From positions 2,496,001 to 2,560,000 of the forward strand of contig CM000152.2 of NCBI GenBank assembly GCA_000004695.1: 64,000 nucleotides of DNA, read 5' to 3'. Shown here one piece after another: positions 27,354 to 47,638 of this stretch. Source of the stretch: Dictyostelium discoideum. Its lineage: Eukaryota. Made by a program: the position numbers and the translations under genes. The first letter of the stretch is position 1. The number at the start of each line of letters is the position of its first letter. Under the pieces are notes generated by a model that was given only the letters and a program-made list of their open reading frames with translations, did no database searches and was not told the DNA's origin.

Positions 27354-28179
27354 CTATAATAAATAATAATAAATGATAATAATTAAATTTACCCAACAAC
27401 TGGTTCTTCAAAAATTACTAAAATTTGATCTAAACCAAGTAAAGCAAGGCCAATACCAGCCAATGCTGATGCTTTACCAACAGCATGGAATTGTCTAGTT
27501 GTAAAACTTAAAACTGACATTGCTAATTTAAAACAACCAATTAAGAAAACTGTTGCACAACCAACAATCCATGAATCATAAGTTGCATCTGCATCTGACA
27601 TACCAGCTGCTTTTGCTGCTAAAAATGCTGGTCCACAAACTAATAATGGTAAACCTATTGTACTTGGTGTATCTAAACCAAGTGGAATTGCAGTATAAAG
27701 AATATTTGGTCTCTTTTCATTACGATCTAAATAAATTGCATATGCTGATAATGAAAGACTACCAATCATAATTGCAAATGCTGGTCCTGGTATAAAATAT
27801 TTTGTAACTAAATCCTAATAAAAATAATTAAAATAAAAATTTAAATTAATATGTTTATAAACAATTTTTTTTTTTTTTTTTAACTTACCCTTGGCATACC
27901 AAAAACAAAAACTAAAAGTTCAACCATTAAAGCAAAATTTGCTAAATTATCCATAAATACAGAGGTTAATGCGTTGTAATCACCAGAAGTTGGTATAAAT
28001 TGAGCAAGAAGTGTTTTTTTCTGTCTTGGTGGCATTACATCTTGAATATTAATATCACCACCATTACCATCTTCTGTTTCATTAAATGGTTGATATGAAT
28101 TATTACCTTCATCGTTAGTTAGTTCTGTGTCTTCATCACCACCATAGTGACTATTTATTTCTAACATTCTATCTATCAT
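26049..28179 (-). CDS. AzgA-like purine (adenine/guanine/hypoxanthine) permease, NCS2 family, 3 exons
   Basis: join(28179..27889, 27814..27393, 27297..26049) on minus. Donors GTAAGTT and GTAAATT; acceptors TTATTAG and AATTTAG. Phases consistent (exon 2 ends phase 2, GG+A=Gly). Multi-TM protein with GMPRVS, GIGLALLGLDQ, TTPYIGHLVYHNKFKAGSSYSTISGLVIGLGGFFGYLGLLTNILPKPAILPIFIFI, similar to AZG1/AzgA. Acidic N-terminal tail. Confidence 0.75.
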
Positions 28180-28535
28180 ATGACGTGTTTTGATTTTTTT
28201 TTTTATTAAAATAATAGAGAGAAATCATTTTGCCTTCATTTTAAACCTTGCACGGTTGTTGAAGAATTTCAATGCCCGGATTTCTGTTTTATGGTTGGGA
28301 ATAAAAAAAAAAAAAAAATGAATTTTATTTTTAATTTTATATTTTTTTTTCCCACCCAATTGTTTGGGTGGAATAAAACCAAAAAAAAAAATTTAAAATT
28401 AAAACAATTAAATTTTTTTTAGATATCAAAGAAGTTCTGAATTTTCACAAAAAAAAAATAAAAAAAAATAAAAAAAAATAAAAAAAAATAAAAAAAAAAT
28501 TTAAAAATAAATAAAAAAAAAAAAAAAAAAAAAAA

Positions 28536-28574
<39 letters not shown>

Positions 28575-28839
28575 ACAACTAACTTTATTAAAATTCAATA
28601 TTACATTTAAATTTTAAATTATATTATATTTAGATTAAATAAAAGTTAAATGTAAATTTTATTTTTTTTTTTAAAAATTTTTTTTATGAAGTTCAAGAAC
28701 TTAAAAAATTATTTTACATTTTTTTTAATTTTTTTTTTTTTATTTTTTATTTTATTTATTTTTTTTTAATTTCCATTAATTTGAAAATTTTTTAATTTTT
28801 TTTTTTTTTTAATATTTTTTTTTTTGATTTAAAATTAAT

Positions 28840-30402
28840 ATGTTAAAAAATATTATTAATAAAAAGAATTTATTTATTAATAATCAACAAAACATCTTTC
28901 AAATAATTAAAAGAAATAAAATGACAGATAGTACAGTTGATAATAAAGGATATATTGTAGGTATCTACGAGAATGAAGAGTTTACACCATTAGGTCAACA
29001 GTTAAATGAAAAGACAAATGGTCATTTATTGAAGAGTATTAAATTATCAGATACCAAAGGTAAAGTTGGAGATAATTTAGTTTTATACAATGTCACACCA
29101 GAGGTTTCAAGAGTTGCAATCGTTGGCTTGGGTAAGAAAGAAAATAATAATAGCACCACCTATGAAAAGAATGAAAACACTCGTAAAGCAATCGGTAGTG
29201 GTGTTAAAGCATTGAAATCAAAGAATGCCACCCATTTAACCATCGATTCAAACATTGGTGATGCCAAACAAACTGCAGAGGGTGCATTCCTTTCAAACTT
29301 CAAATTTGATTTCAAAACAGGTACTTCTGGTAAAACAGCCAATTCCACCAATGAATCCATTCAAGTTCAATTATCACCATCACCATCAAGTGAAGAATGT
29401 TTTAAAGAAGGTAAAATCTTGGCTGAATCTCAAAATTTCGCAAGAGTTTTAATGGAGACACCAGCAAATCTTTTAACACCAACCAATTTCGTTCAACATG
29501 TTAGCAGTCAAATGAAAGAGTTAATCGATAGTGGAAAGGTGGAGATGATCGTCCGTGAAGAACAATGGGTTAAAGATCAAAAGATGGGTATGTTTTGGGG
29601 TGTTGCTAAAGGTTCCGATGAACCATTGAAATTCTTAGAACTTCACTATCGTGGTGCATCTGCCGATGGTAAGGATTCAATAGTTTATGTTGGTAAAGGT
29701 ATCACTTTTGATAGTGGTGGTATTTCAATTAAACCATCAGCAAATATGGGTTTAATGAAGGGTGATATGGGTGGTGCTGCCACTGCTGTCTCTGCAATGT
29801 TTGGTGTTGCTTCATTGGGTTTAAAGGTCAATTTAATTACAATCACTCCATTATGTGAAAATATGCCATCAGGTAAAGCAACTAAACCAGGTGATATCCT
29901 TACCGCTGCAAATGGTAAAACCGTTGAAGTCGACAATACCGATGCCGAGGGTCGTTTAATCTTGGGTGATGCTTTACATTATGCTTGTTCATTCAAACCA
30001 ACTCATATCATTGATATCGCTACCTTGACTGGTGCCATCGATGTTGCCTTGGGTCAACATTATGCTGGTTGTTTTACAACCACCGACTCACTTTGGGATC
30101 AATTAAATGAATGTGGTAACATTAGTGGTGAAAGATTATGGAGAATGCCATTGATTCCAGAATATCGTAAACAAATGGAAACCTCAAAAGTTGCCGATTT
30201 AATCAATTCTGCTGGTCGTTCAGGTGGTGCTTGTTGTGCTGCTGGTTTCCTTAAAGAATTCATTACAGCCGATCAATCTTGGTCTCACCTTGATATTGCT
30301 GGTGTTATGTCATCATCTGAAGATGGTCCATACATTAGAAAAGGTATGACTGGTAAACCAACTCGTACTTTAATAGAATTTGCTAAAAAGAATCAACAAT
30401 AA
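28840..30402 (+). CDS. leucyl (cytosol) aminopeptidase, peptidase family M17
   Basis: 520-aa single-exon ORF containing the M17 signature NTDAEGRL and surrounding conserved blocks (VGKGITFDSGGISIKP, MKGDMGGAA, ATLTGA). A second in-frame Met 27 codons downstream (MTDSTV) could be the true start. Confidence 0.8.
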   Translation: MLKNIINKKNLFINNQQNIFQIIKRNKMTDSTVDNKGYIVGIYENEEFTPLGQQLNEKTNGHLLKSIKLSDTKGKVGDNLVLYNVTPEVSRVAIVGLGKKENNNSTTYEKNENTRKAIGSGVKALKSKNATHLTIDSNIGDAKQTAEGAFLSNFKFDFKTGTSGKTANSTNESIQVQLSPSPSSEECFKEGKILAESQNFARVLMETPANLLTPTNFVQHVSSQMKELIDSGKVEMIVREEQWVKDQKMGMFWGVAKGSDEPLKFLELHYRGASADGKDSIVYVGKGITFDSGGISIKPSANMGLMKGDMGGAATAVSAMFGVASLGLKVNLITITPLCENMPSGKATKPGDILTAANGKTVEVDNTDAEGRLILGDALHYACSFKPTHIIDIATLTGAIDVALGQHYAGCFTTTDSLWDQLNECGNISGERLWRMPLIPEYRKQMETSKVADLINSAGRSGGACCAAGFLKEFITADQSWSHLDIAGVMSSSEDGPYIRKGMTGKPTRTLIEFAKKNQQ

Positions 30403-30527
30403 TAAATTATTAAAATAAAAAAAAAAATAAAAAAATAAAAATGTAAAAGTTCTTATATATATACATATATTTATATAAATAAATTATTTATTATTTTTTT
30501 TATTTTTTTTATTTTTTTTTTTCAAAT

Positions 30528-31832
30528 TTATAATTCATCAAATTGAACACATCTAATTAATTCACCTTGAGTTGTTGGTATAATTTTAATTTTATTTAAA
30601 CCTAATAAATCTTTAATTAATAATTGCATTTGAACGTTTGAATATTTTAATTTCTTTTTTAATAAATCTTTTTTTAAAATCTCTTTATATTTTAATCTTT
30701 GAATATTTGATAGAATCTCTTTTCTTCCTTTCATTAGATTTAAAAAGAAACCACCAGCACCTGGAACAGAGAATGTAAATGTACAATCATCCTTTTGTAA
30801 TAGTAAACCACATTGAACTAAATGAGTTATAATATTCTCTTGTTGATGATGATCGTCATTAACGATTGATAATAATTGAAATAGTTTTGATCTAGTTATT
30901 GATACTTCATTAAAATTTGGTATTAACTTTTTTATAAATAAATCTAATATCTCTGATCTCTTTAATAAAATTGTATCTATTGGTGCTGATTTAATTGGAC
31001 TTGAATTTTTCATATTATTCGTTAATGTCTCTGGTTTAATTTTATTAGGTATCGTTGTATTCTCTATCTTTAATAATTCAATATTTTTAATATAATCTGT
31101 TGTAATTATAATACAATAATCATTTAAACTTGTTGCAATTTGAAATAATCTAATTGTACCTTTTTTTTTTAAAATTTGCTTTTATTTTTAAAAAAAAAAA
31201 ATTTATTAATATTTAATTTTATTATTATTATTATTTATTATTTATTATTTATTATTTATTATTTATTATTTATTATTTATTATTTATTATTATTATTTAT
31301 CGCTTACAATTGATCTTTCAGAATCTTTATTTGATTGATGATATACAGATTGTAATACTAATGGTGGTGATTTATTATATGTGATATAATCCCATTCTGC
31401 TTTTAATAATTCAATTTGTGATAATAAAATATCTTCAGTTGTTAAACTTATATTTAAATCTTCTTCTTCATCATCTTCTTCTTTATTTGGTTCAAATGCA
31501 AAATTGAAATCTAAAAAATTATTTGTTTTTTTTACTAATGTACTATTTGTTGATGTGGCTGTAGTTGTAGTTATTGATGGGTTTGGATTATCTATATCTT
31601 TTGGTTCATTTTCTCTATCATCATCATCATTATCTTCTTCTCCATTTATATTACTTAAGTTACTTATATTACTTGTATTAAAACTTAAATCCAAATCATT
31701 TGAAGGTTCATCGTCTTCGTTATAACTTTTACTAAAATCTAAATGATTCTTAACTTTTTTAATTGGACTAGGATTACTATCAATTGATAAGTTATTATCT
31801 ATACTATTATTTTGATTTCTTTTAATATTCAT
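30528..31832 (-). CDS. hypothetical acidic protein, tentatively 2 exons
   Basis: join(31832..31308, 31067..30528). Exon A (MNIKRNQNNSID...SERSI) ends at a GTAAGC donor, followed by a (TAAA/TTATT)-rich intron. The only phase-0 acceptor upstream of the second ORF is TTATTAAAG|ATA at 31067. The C-terminal ORF (MKNSSPIK...GELIRCVQFDEL) might instead be a separate gene. Function unknown. Confidence 0.35.
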
Positions 31833-31989
31833 ATGAATTTTTAAATAAATATATATTATTTTTATATTATAACTATATGTAAGTTAAATAAAACAATAAA
31901 AAAAAAAAATAAAAAAATAAAAAAATAAAAAAAGTGGGAAATGAAAAAAAAATTTTTTTTTAATACGCAAATCAAATAAAACAAATTAA

Positions 31990-32021
<32 letters not shown>

Positions 32022-32074
32022 AAATTAAATAAAATACATAATATTTTTTTTTATTAAATTTGTCCAAATAAATG

Positions 32075-32105
<31 letters not shown>

Positions 32106-32126
32106 AATATATTAATACAATTAATT

Positions 32127-33775
32127 TTATCTTGATTCAACTTTAATATTTAATTGTGGACATTGTAAAGAAAGACCAAATTGACCTCTATCATTTAATT
32201 GAAGATTATCATCAATTGGATGAGAGAATTTAAATTTCTTTATAAGATAAACAAGGAAAATATAAATTTCAATTTCAAAAATATTTTCACCTGGACATTT
32301 TCTTTGACCAATTCCAAATGTTATAATTTTTGGTTCATTTGTTGAATCTAAAAAACGTTCAGGTGAAAACTCTAATGGATTTGAACAAAATGATTGAGAT
32401 AAATGAGTTGAATAAATATTTTGAATTACTTGTGTACCCTTTGCAATTTTATATCCTTGAATTTCACAATCTTCAGTTAATAAATGTGGTACAGATAATG
32501 GTGCACATGGATAATAACGTTTCACTTCTTTAATAAATGCAACTAAATATGGAGTTTTAATTCTATCTGAAAAATATGATAATTTTAAAAGTGAATTCGA
32601 AATATCATTTGCACCATTTAATTCATCACCATCATCATCATTAAAAGCATTTGAAATTTCATTAAATAATTTCTCTTGAATATTTGAATTGTTTACTAAT
32701 GCAACCAATGAAAATAAACAAGTATTACCAGTTGTATCAGAACCTGCTAATATTAAATCCATTAAACATCCAATTACACCATCATATGGAATTTTATTTA
32801 ATCTATATTGTTTTAATAAAGATTCTAAAATATTCGTTGGTTGATAATTTTCAATTTCTTCAATTGTTGATTTATTTGAAATTTCAGTCATATGTTTTAA
32901 TTGATATTCATTTGTAATTCTTGTAATTAATTTTTTTACAGATTCATAATCTTCAAAATATTCTTTTGGTTTATTTTTTAAAAATGGATATAGAATTGGT
33001 ATGAAATCACTTGGATATGGTAATCCTGTACTCTTAAAATAACGAGTAATCGTTGACATTAATTCATCTTGATAACTATTATTATTATATGGGAAATGAA
33101 TATTAAATAATAATGATAGCATAACATTTAATGAATACATTTTAATGATATTGTTAATTGGTTCTTTTGAAATTCCACTACCACCACTACCGCCACCACC
33201 ACCACCACTAATTTCATTGAAAAACTCTGATAATAATCCTACTTGAATTTTAATTATTTTTTCATTTTTTTTCATTTTTTGATTTGTAATTTCATTTGAT
33301 AAAGTTTTTTTTAAATGATTAAAATATTCACCATTGGAATTTGCAAGGTTTAAACCTTTATTACATGTAGTTCTACTTTTTCTTTGAAATCTTGATTGAA
33401 ATATTTCGCCATTATCAACGAATGCCTCTTTTAATGTTGCATATTCTGTTAACACTACTGTACTAACACTACCAAATTCAATACGATAAACACTTCCATA
33501 TTGTTCATACCATTCCTTTAATTTTTCATGTACTTGTCCTTTTAAATCAAATAAATTACCAACCAATAATTTACTTTTTGGTCCTGGAATATTTTTATTT
33601 ATTCTGTGAATTCTATCTTCCTGATTTTATTTTATTTTATTTTAAAAAAAATTAATTTATTATAATTATTATTATTATTATTTTTTTTTAAAAAAAAAAT
33701 AGAAAATACCTTTTTAATTAACTTTTTTAATAATACAATAATAAATAGGATAATAATAATTGAAGAAATTCCCAT
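32127..33775 (-). CDS. cytochrome P450 monooxygenase, 2 exons
   Basis: join(33775..33710, 33620..32127). Exon 1 MGISSIIIILFIIVLLKKLIKK (membrane anchor) + GTATTTTC donor; acceptor AATCAG, phase 0. Exon 2 carries the PGPKS Pro-rich hinge, ExxR (EVKRYYP) and the heme-binding FGIGQRKCPGENI (FxxGxRxCxG). Confidence 0.85.
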
Positions 33776-34586
33776 TTTTGAAAATTTCCACGTGATATTA
33801 ATTAAAAAAAAAAAAAAAAAAAAAAAGATTTAATTTTTTTTTTTTTTTTTTTTAAATTATAGGTAAAAGATAATAATAAATAAAATTTTATTTTCAAACA
33901 AATTATTTTTTTTTTTTTTTTTTTATTTTTATTTTTATTTTTTTTTTTTTTCTTAATTTAAAAAATTAAAAAATTATAAATTTAACCAAAAAAAAACAAT
34001 TGTTATAGGAAAAATAGTGGTTCATGTGAGGGATTAAAATTTCTTTTTATAGGATTTGATTGAATCAATACAGTTTTAAAAATAAAAAGGTTTTTTTTTT
34101 TTTTAATATTAAAATTTTAATTTTTGTTTTTTTATAAAAATTAATTTTTTGAAATCTCAAAGTAGCCAATTAAATTGCAGTTGGAATTAAACTAAAAACA
34201 AAACAAAAAAAAACCTCCAAAATTATACTTTTTTGTAACTTAGAAAAAAAAAAAAAATTTTTAAAAAAAAAATTTTTTTTTTTCAAAACAAATTTTTTTT
34301 TTTTTTTTGTCTATATTAACAAAACCCATTTATCCAAAACAAATAATTTACAAATTTTTTTAATTTTGTTTTTTTTTTTTTTTTTGTCTTTCTTTATTAA
34401 CAAAACCCATTTATCCAAAATTTTTAAAAAAATTTATTACAAGATTTTAAATTGAGATTTTATTGTTTATTTTATTTATTATTTTTTTTTTTACTGGATT
34501 TTATTGTTTCTTTTTTTTTTCTTACCTGTAATTTACCCCAACTGATATTTATTTTGCTTGTTTTTTTTTAATTATAGTTTATTAAC

Positions 34587-37361
<2,775 letters not shown>

Positions 37362-37788
37362 ATTTAAAATAGATAATAATTGATAATAATAATATTATTA
37401 TTATATATTATTTATATTATTTATATTATTTTATTTTTTAATTTTACAAAAAGTATTATTATTATTATATTTGATTTTATATAAATATATATATATATAT
37501 ATATATTTTAAGTTTTTGATTAGATGGTTGTGAATGAAAAAAAAAAAAATAAAAAATAAAAATGAAAAACTAATTTTTTTATTTTTTATTTTTTTTTTAT
37601 TTTTTTTTTTCAAAATAAAATTTAATTTTGTTTTTATTTGAAGATATATATTTCTGAATGGGTAGTAAGATTTTTTTTTATTTTATTTTTTAAATTATTT
37701 AGTAAAAAATGAAAATGTGTGATTAAAAACATATTAAGGAGTAGTTTTTAAACATTTCAAATTTATGTCAATTTAAATAAATATTTTA

Positions 37789-37819
<31 letters not shown>

Positions 37820-37899
37820 ATTATTTATTTTCTATTTAATATTTTTTTATTCCACCTTTTTTTTTTTTTTTTTTATTATTATTTTCTATTTAATATTTT

Positions 37900-37933
<34 letters not shown>

Positions 37934-37939
37934 TCAACC

Positions 37940-39496
<1,557 letters not shown>

Positions 39497-39511
39497 ATAA
39501 TAAATAATAAC

Positions 39512-39570
<59 letters not shown>

Positions 39571-39701
39571 TAAAAAAAAATGAATAAAAATAAATAATAA
39601 TAATAAAGAAAATATGGTATATTATGAATTATATTCTTTTTTTTTTTTTTTTTTTTTTTTTTTTGGATTTTTTATTTTCTATTTTTTATTTATTTCTATA
39701 T

Positions 39702-40946
<1,245 letters not shown>

Positions 40947-41054
40947 TGTTCTATTTATTTGTATAACTCTTTATTACTCTTTATATAATTATAAATTAAT
41001 TTCAAAATAAAAAAATTAAAAAAAAAAAAAATGAAAAAAAGAATTAATTCCAAA

Positions 41055-41088
<34 letters not shown>

Positions 41089-41342
41089 AAATAAAAAAAA
41101 TAAAAAAAAAAAAAGTGAACATCAATTTTGTGTGATTTACAAAATATAAAAATTTTATCTTTATTTAGATATTAATTTTCCACCCAATGATTTTTCTAAA
41201 TGTATACTAATTTTTATATATTGATGATAGAATTAAATTAAATTGAAACCAATCTAATTAAACCAGTTTTGGTTTTTTTTTTTTTTTTTTTTGTGATATT
41301 AAAATATGGGTGTGAGTTGAAATTTATACTTTTTTTTTTTTT

Positions 41343-41472
41343 TCTAAAAAATAAATTTTTTTTTTTTTTTTTTACCTGTGATCAGACCTTCAAGGAATGT
41401 CCTTGTGTCTTTTCGGCGGTGTTTGTTAAACGGTTTTATTTTTATTATTCAATTGTATTAAATTTTTTAAAC

Positions 41473-41522
<50 letters not shown>

Positions 41523-42400
41523 ACTACTTAAATTGGAAGAGGGTTCGGAGCTGCTGGGGTTTGCCAGGCTTTGTTGAATTTGTATTTGTGAAGATCTTGA
41601 TTGGTGTTTTTTAGTATTGCTTCGTCGTGTTTGATTTTCTTTAGTGTGATGAATTTTTCAGTTTCGATGAGATTTAGTAATTCTGTTTCTATGACCTTTT
41701 GTTCGAATTTTGGCTCTGGTTTGCTTTCATCAGTGTTGAACAATTTGTGACAGATTATCTTCCATAATTGGTGTGCTATTATTCCTATGAGATTGGGGAA
41801 GATTCTCTCAGTTCTGTTGTATTTTGATATGTCTAAGGTATCCATTGACCATCTGTGGATTTTGATGAATGATAATTTGTTAACTGTTGATATGATGGTT
41901 TTTTCAATATCTAGGATATCTTGGCATAGAGTAAAAGGTGAAAATAAGGGTTTTTGAATAGGTGGCCGCAGATTTGGCATTTGGGTTCTCTTTCGGGGTT
42001 GAAACCTGGAAGTGATTCTTGAGAAGAATCTGAAGAGGGTGTTTCTACCTTTTTGGTGAGAAATGCTGTTGATGTTTATGAATACTTTGGGTATTGCTGT
42101 GTTGTATCTCACCGCCCATAACTTCTGCCATTCTGTTCTTCTTGGTGTTGGGTGTCTGTCTTTGATCATGAGTTCGTAAATTTCTTTCAGTTTTAGTGGT
42201 TCGTCATTGTCGTTTCTTATACAGTCTGGAAGTTCCTTTATCTTTGGATGGTTTTGGTAAAATTTGACTCTGAATACACCCCAGTGTCTGCACATATCGT
42301 TGAGGGTTGAAGTGTGGGCTTTTTTTCTACTTAATTGCTCCATGTACCATTCTTGTAAGGTATTGTTGTTGTTGTTGTAGTTGTTATGGAGTAGCCTTCT
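41343..42400 (-). mobile_element. TRE3-type (tRNA-gene-targeted, 3'-side) non-LTR retrotransposon fragment, copy A: ORF2 C-terminus + 3' UTR + A-tails
   Basis: Minus-strand ORF (41528..42343 and upstream) has an RT/C-terminal Cys-rich region (...ISHQKGRNTLFRFFSR...CQDILDIEKTIISTVNKLSF...). It is followed by an internal A-run (41478..41520 on minus), a ~110 bp unique 3' region (CCGTTTAACAAACACCGCCGAAAAGACACAAGGACATTCCTTGAAGGTCTGATCACAGGT) and a terminal oligo(A). Lies 3' of tRNA-Ser. Family assignment rests on position relative to the tRNA and on recalled TRE biology. Confidence 0.55.
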
Positions 42401-42555
42401 AAAAAATAAATTTTTTTTTTTTTACCTAAAAGCGGTGTAATCTATTTTTTTTTTTTACCTGTGATCAGACCTTCAAGGAATGTCCTTGTGTCTTTTCGGC
42501 GGTGTTTGTTAAACGATTTTATTTTTATTATTCAATTGTATTAAATTTTTTAAAC

Positions 42556-42598
<43 letters not shown>

Positions 42599-42775
42599 AC
42601 TACTTAAATTGGAAGAGGGTTCGGAACTACTGGGGTTTGCCAGGCTTTGTTGAATTTGTATTTGTGAAGATCTTGATTGGTGTTTTTTAGTATTGCTTCG
42701 TCGTGTTTGATTTTCTTTAGTGTGATGAATTTTTCAGTTTCGATGAGATTTAGTAATTCTGTTTCTATAAGCGGT
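42401..42775 (-). mobile_element. TRE3-type fragment, copy B: near-identical duplicate of the copy A 3' end
   Basis: 42456..42766 repeats 41373..41700 almost base for base (acctgtgatcagaccttcaaggaatgtccttgtgtcttttcggcggtgtttgttaaacg...gtttctat). Junction motifs ctaaaaaataaat...acctaaaagcggt recur at 41343, 42401 and 42776, consistent with nested insertions. Confidence 0.5.
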
Positions 42776-42949
42776 GTAATCTAAAAAATAAATGAAATAA
42801 TGCTTTTTTTTTTTTTTTTTTTTTTTTTTACCTAAAAGCGGTATATTGTTATATTTTATTACATTTTTAAATTTTTAGATTTTTAAATTTTTAAATTTTT
42901 ATATTGTTATATGTTGATATTTTTGGTTATATTATGATTACTACTACTT

Positions 42950-42990
<41 letters not shown>

Positions 42991-43728
42991 TATAATGGAA
43001 TTGGGTTTGGAGTGTTCGGGTTATGCCATGATGTGTTGAAGTTGATTATTAATTGGTCTCTGTTATTTAATTTGTATATTGTTTCATTCCTTTCGATCTT
43101 CTTTATTAAAATGAATTTCTCTATTTTAATTAAGTTGGTTAGTTCTTTTTCAATTAATGTTGGATCAAATGAGGGTGGAGATTTAGATTCGTCTTGATTG
43201 AATAGTTTGTGACAAATTATTCTCCATAGTTGATGTATAATTATGCCGATTAAATTTGGGTAGATTCTTTCTTTTTTATTTGTTTTGCTAATATCTAGTG
43301 AATTGAGATCCCAATTTCTGATCTTGAAGAATGAGAGATTGTTGAATGTTGAAATTATTATGTTTTCTATTTCTTTTACTTGCATACAGTCTATAAAAAG
43401 GTGAGTGTATGGGTCACGGATTATATTGTTACAGATTTTGCATGGTACGTTACGTTCATAGTTGATTCCAGGAAGTGACCTTGAGAAAAATCTGAATAGT
43501 GTATTTCTACCTTTTTGATGTGATATGTGGTTGATATGTTGGAAGATGGATGGTATGTTGATGTTATTTATTGAAATTAGATTTTTTTGTCCATCTGTTT
43601 TTCTTATTGATTTGTATTTGTGAGTGATTAACATGTTATAGATTTCTTTAAGTTGAAGTGGCTTTTTGTTTTGACCTTTGATACAATCAGGTAGTGATTT
43701 TAGTTTATTGTGTTGTGGTGCAAAAAAT
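42776..43728 (-). mobile_element. TRE3-type fragment, copy C: divergent subfamily, ORF2 C-terminus + oligo(A)
   Basis: Minus ORF 42990..43634 (...ISHQKGRNTLFRFFSRS...CKICNNIIRDPYTHLFIDCMQVKEIENIIISTFNNLSFFKI...) is roughly half identical to copy A over the alignable part (by eye). Poly(T) on plus at 42941..42988 is the minus-strand A-tail. The tRNA-proximal end (43728) lies about 60 bp from the tRNA 3' end. Confidence 0.55.
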
Positions 43729-43789
43729 GAAATAATGCTAAAATAATAAAAAAAAAAAAAAAATATGTTTAATTTTTTACAATTAAAGT

Positions 43790-43871
43790 CGACATCGGCA
43801 GGGTTCGAACCTGCGCCCCCGAAGGGATCTGATTTCTAGTCAGACGCATTAGACCACTTTGCTACGATGTC
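43790..43871 (-). tRNA. tRNA-Ser (anticodon AGA), type II tRNA with long variable arm
   Basis: Minus-strand sequence GACATCGTAGCAAAGTGGTCTAATGCGTCTGACTAGAAATCAGATCCCTTCGGGGGCGCAGGTTCGAACCCTGCCGATGTCG folds as: 7-bp acceptor (GACATCG/CGATGTC), 3-bp D stem (GCA/TGC) with AGTGG D loop, anticodon stem TCTGA/TCAGA with loop CTAGAAA (anticodon AGA), 12-nt variable arm, T arm GCAGG-TTCGAAC-CCTGC, discriminator G. Forms a GC-rich island in the AT desert. Confidence 0.85.
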
Positions 43872-43954
43872 TTTGATTTAAAATTTTTAGATATCTAAAA
43901 AAATATTTGAAATATTTTTTTTTTTTTTTTTTTTTAAATAATAAATAAACAATC

Positions 43955-44000
<46 letters not shown>

Positions 44001-44029
44001 AATCATAAATAAAGATTCTTTGGATATTA

Positions 44030-45910
<1,881 letters not shown>

Positions 45911-45942
45911 AATTGCGGTATACTATTATTATTGCTAAAAAC

Positions 45943-45974
<32 letters not shown>

Positions 45975-46368
45975 TTCATTTTTTTTTTTTTTTTGTTCAT
46001 GCAATGAGATATTTTGAAAAAAAAAAAAAAAATAACTGAAAAGATTTTATTTTAATAAATCTAATATTTTTATTTGTTTTTTAAAAAATAATAAAAAAAA
46101 AAAAATAACTATTATTAAGTTTTTAAAAGTTTGTTTTTTATTATTAAACATTATAAAAATTTATGGGTTTCTAAATAAACATATAATTAATTAAAAAAAA
46201 AAAGTGAAATTTATTAATTAAATTCCACCTAAGTTGAAACTTCAATTTTTTATTTTTATTTTGTTGTAATTTTAAAAATAGGAAATCTTTTTTTTTTTTT
46301 TTTTAAAGATTTGATTTGCTTTTTTAATTTTTTTTTTTTTTTTTTTTTCTTTTATAATAATATTATTA

Positions 46369-47003
46369 TTATTTTTTATTATTTACAATTATAAAATCAT
46401 CATCAATGTGAGGAATTTTTGAATAAACTAAACATTTAATTTGATTATCTCCATAATTGAGAACACCGTTATTAATTTGAAAACCATCCATATTTTTAAT
46501 ATAATAGATGGAAGTATTAATGATTATTTCATTAATATGTGATTCTACTCTACATTGAATGAAATCATTCTCTCTTTTAGTTATAATTATATTAACTTGT
46601 TTAATGGATTGAACTGATGATAATGAATTTGATAGAATATTATAATCTGGGAAAATTACATAACGATCATCTTCATTATTATTTGGACTTTTAACAATAG
46701 TTGCTGAATTTATTGATATTATACCATTTTCTTCATTAAATGAAATCATTGGTTTATCTTGTTGTTTAATATTATGTTGTTTTAGTTGTTGTTCCAATTC
46801 AAATAATTTCTTTTGGTGGCTTAATTGATCAGATATGTTTTTTTGTTTTTCAAAATGTAATTGTTGTTCCAATTGTTTTATTTGTTCCTGATATTCTGAA
46901 TTTGTTTTTTTTAATGTTACCATTTCATTCTGTATTTCATTATTAGTTTTGTTTAATTTCTGATTTTTTAATATTAAGTTTTCAATATATTCCTCTGATT
47001 TTG

Positions 47004-47089
<86 letters not shown>

Positions 47090-47591
47090 AGTTGTTGTTG
47101 TTGTTGTTGTTTTGGTTGTTGTTGTTGTGGTTGTTGTTTTGGTAGTTGTTGTTGTGGTGGTGGTGATGGCGGTGATGGCGGCGGTATTGATTCATTTTCT
47201 TTTATATTTTTATTAGCTGCTGCTCTAGATATCATTTTAGTAGTGGTGGGTACAGCAGTAGTGGTAGTGGTGGTATTGGTAGTATTATTTAAAGATGGAC
47301 GTTTTAGAATACCAAAACCAGATATTTTATTCGAAATTTGTTTTTTATTAAGTTTGGGAAATAGTTTTTCTTTAAAAATTTCGTTTATAATAGTTTTTTT
47401 GTTTTTGTTTGGATCTTGTTCTCTTTTTTTTTCAAAAATCTCAAAAATCTTTAAATTATCTTCTTCACTCCAAATTACTCTCTTTGTTTTCCTTTTACTT
47501 GAATATATTCCCATTTTTGCAGGTTTTCTCTTTTTACATTCATTTTGATTTTTATTATTACTATTATTAATATTATTATTATTATTATTAA

Positions 47592-47638
<47 letters not shown>

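Noticed and set aside
24955-30402. Possible lysosome-related gene neighbourhood (CLN5 homolog, purine permease, leucyl aminopeptidase, perilipin-like)
   Set aside because: Functions are only loosely related. Genes are on different strands with independent promoters. No evidence of co-regulation is visible in the sequence.
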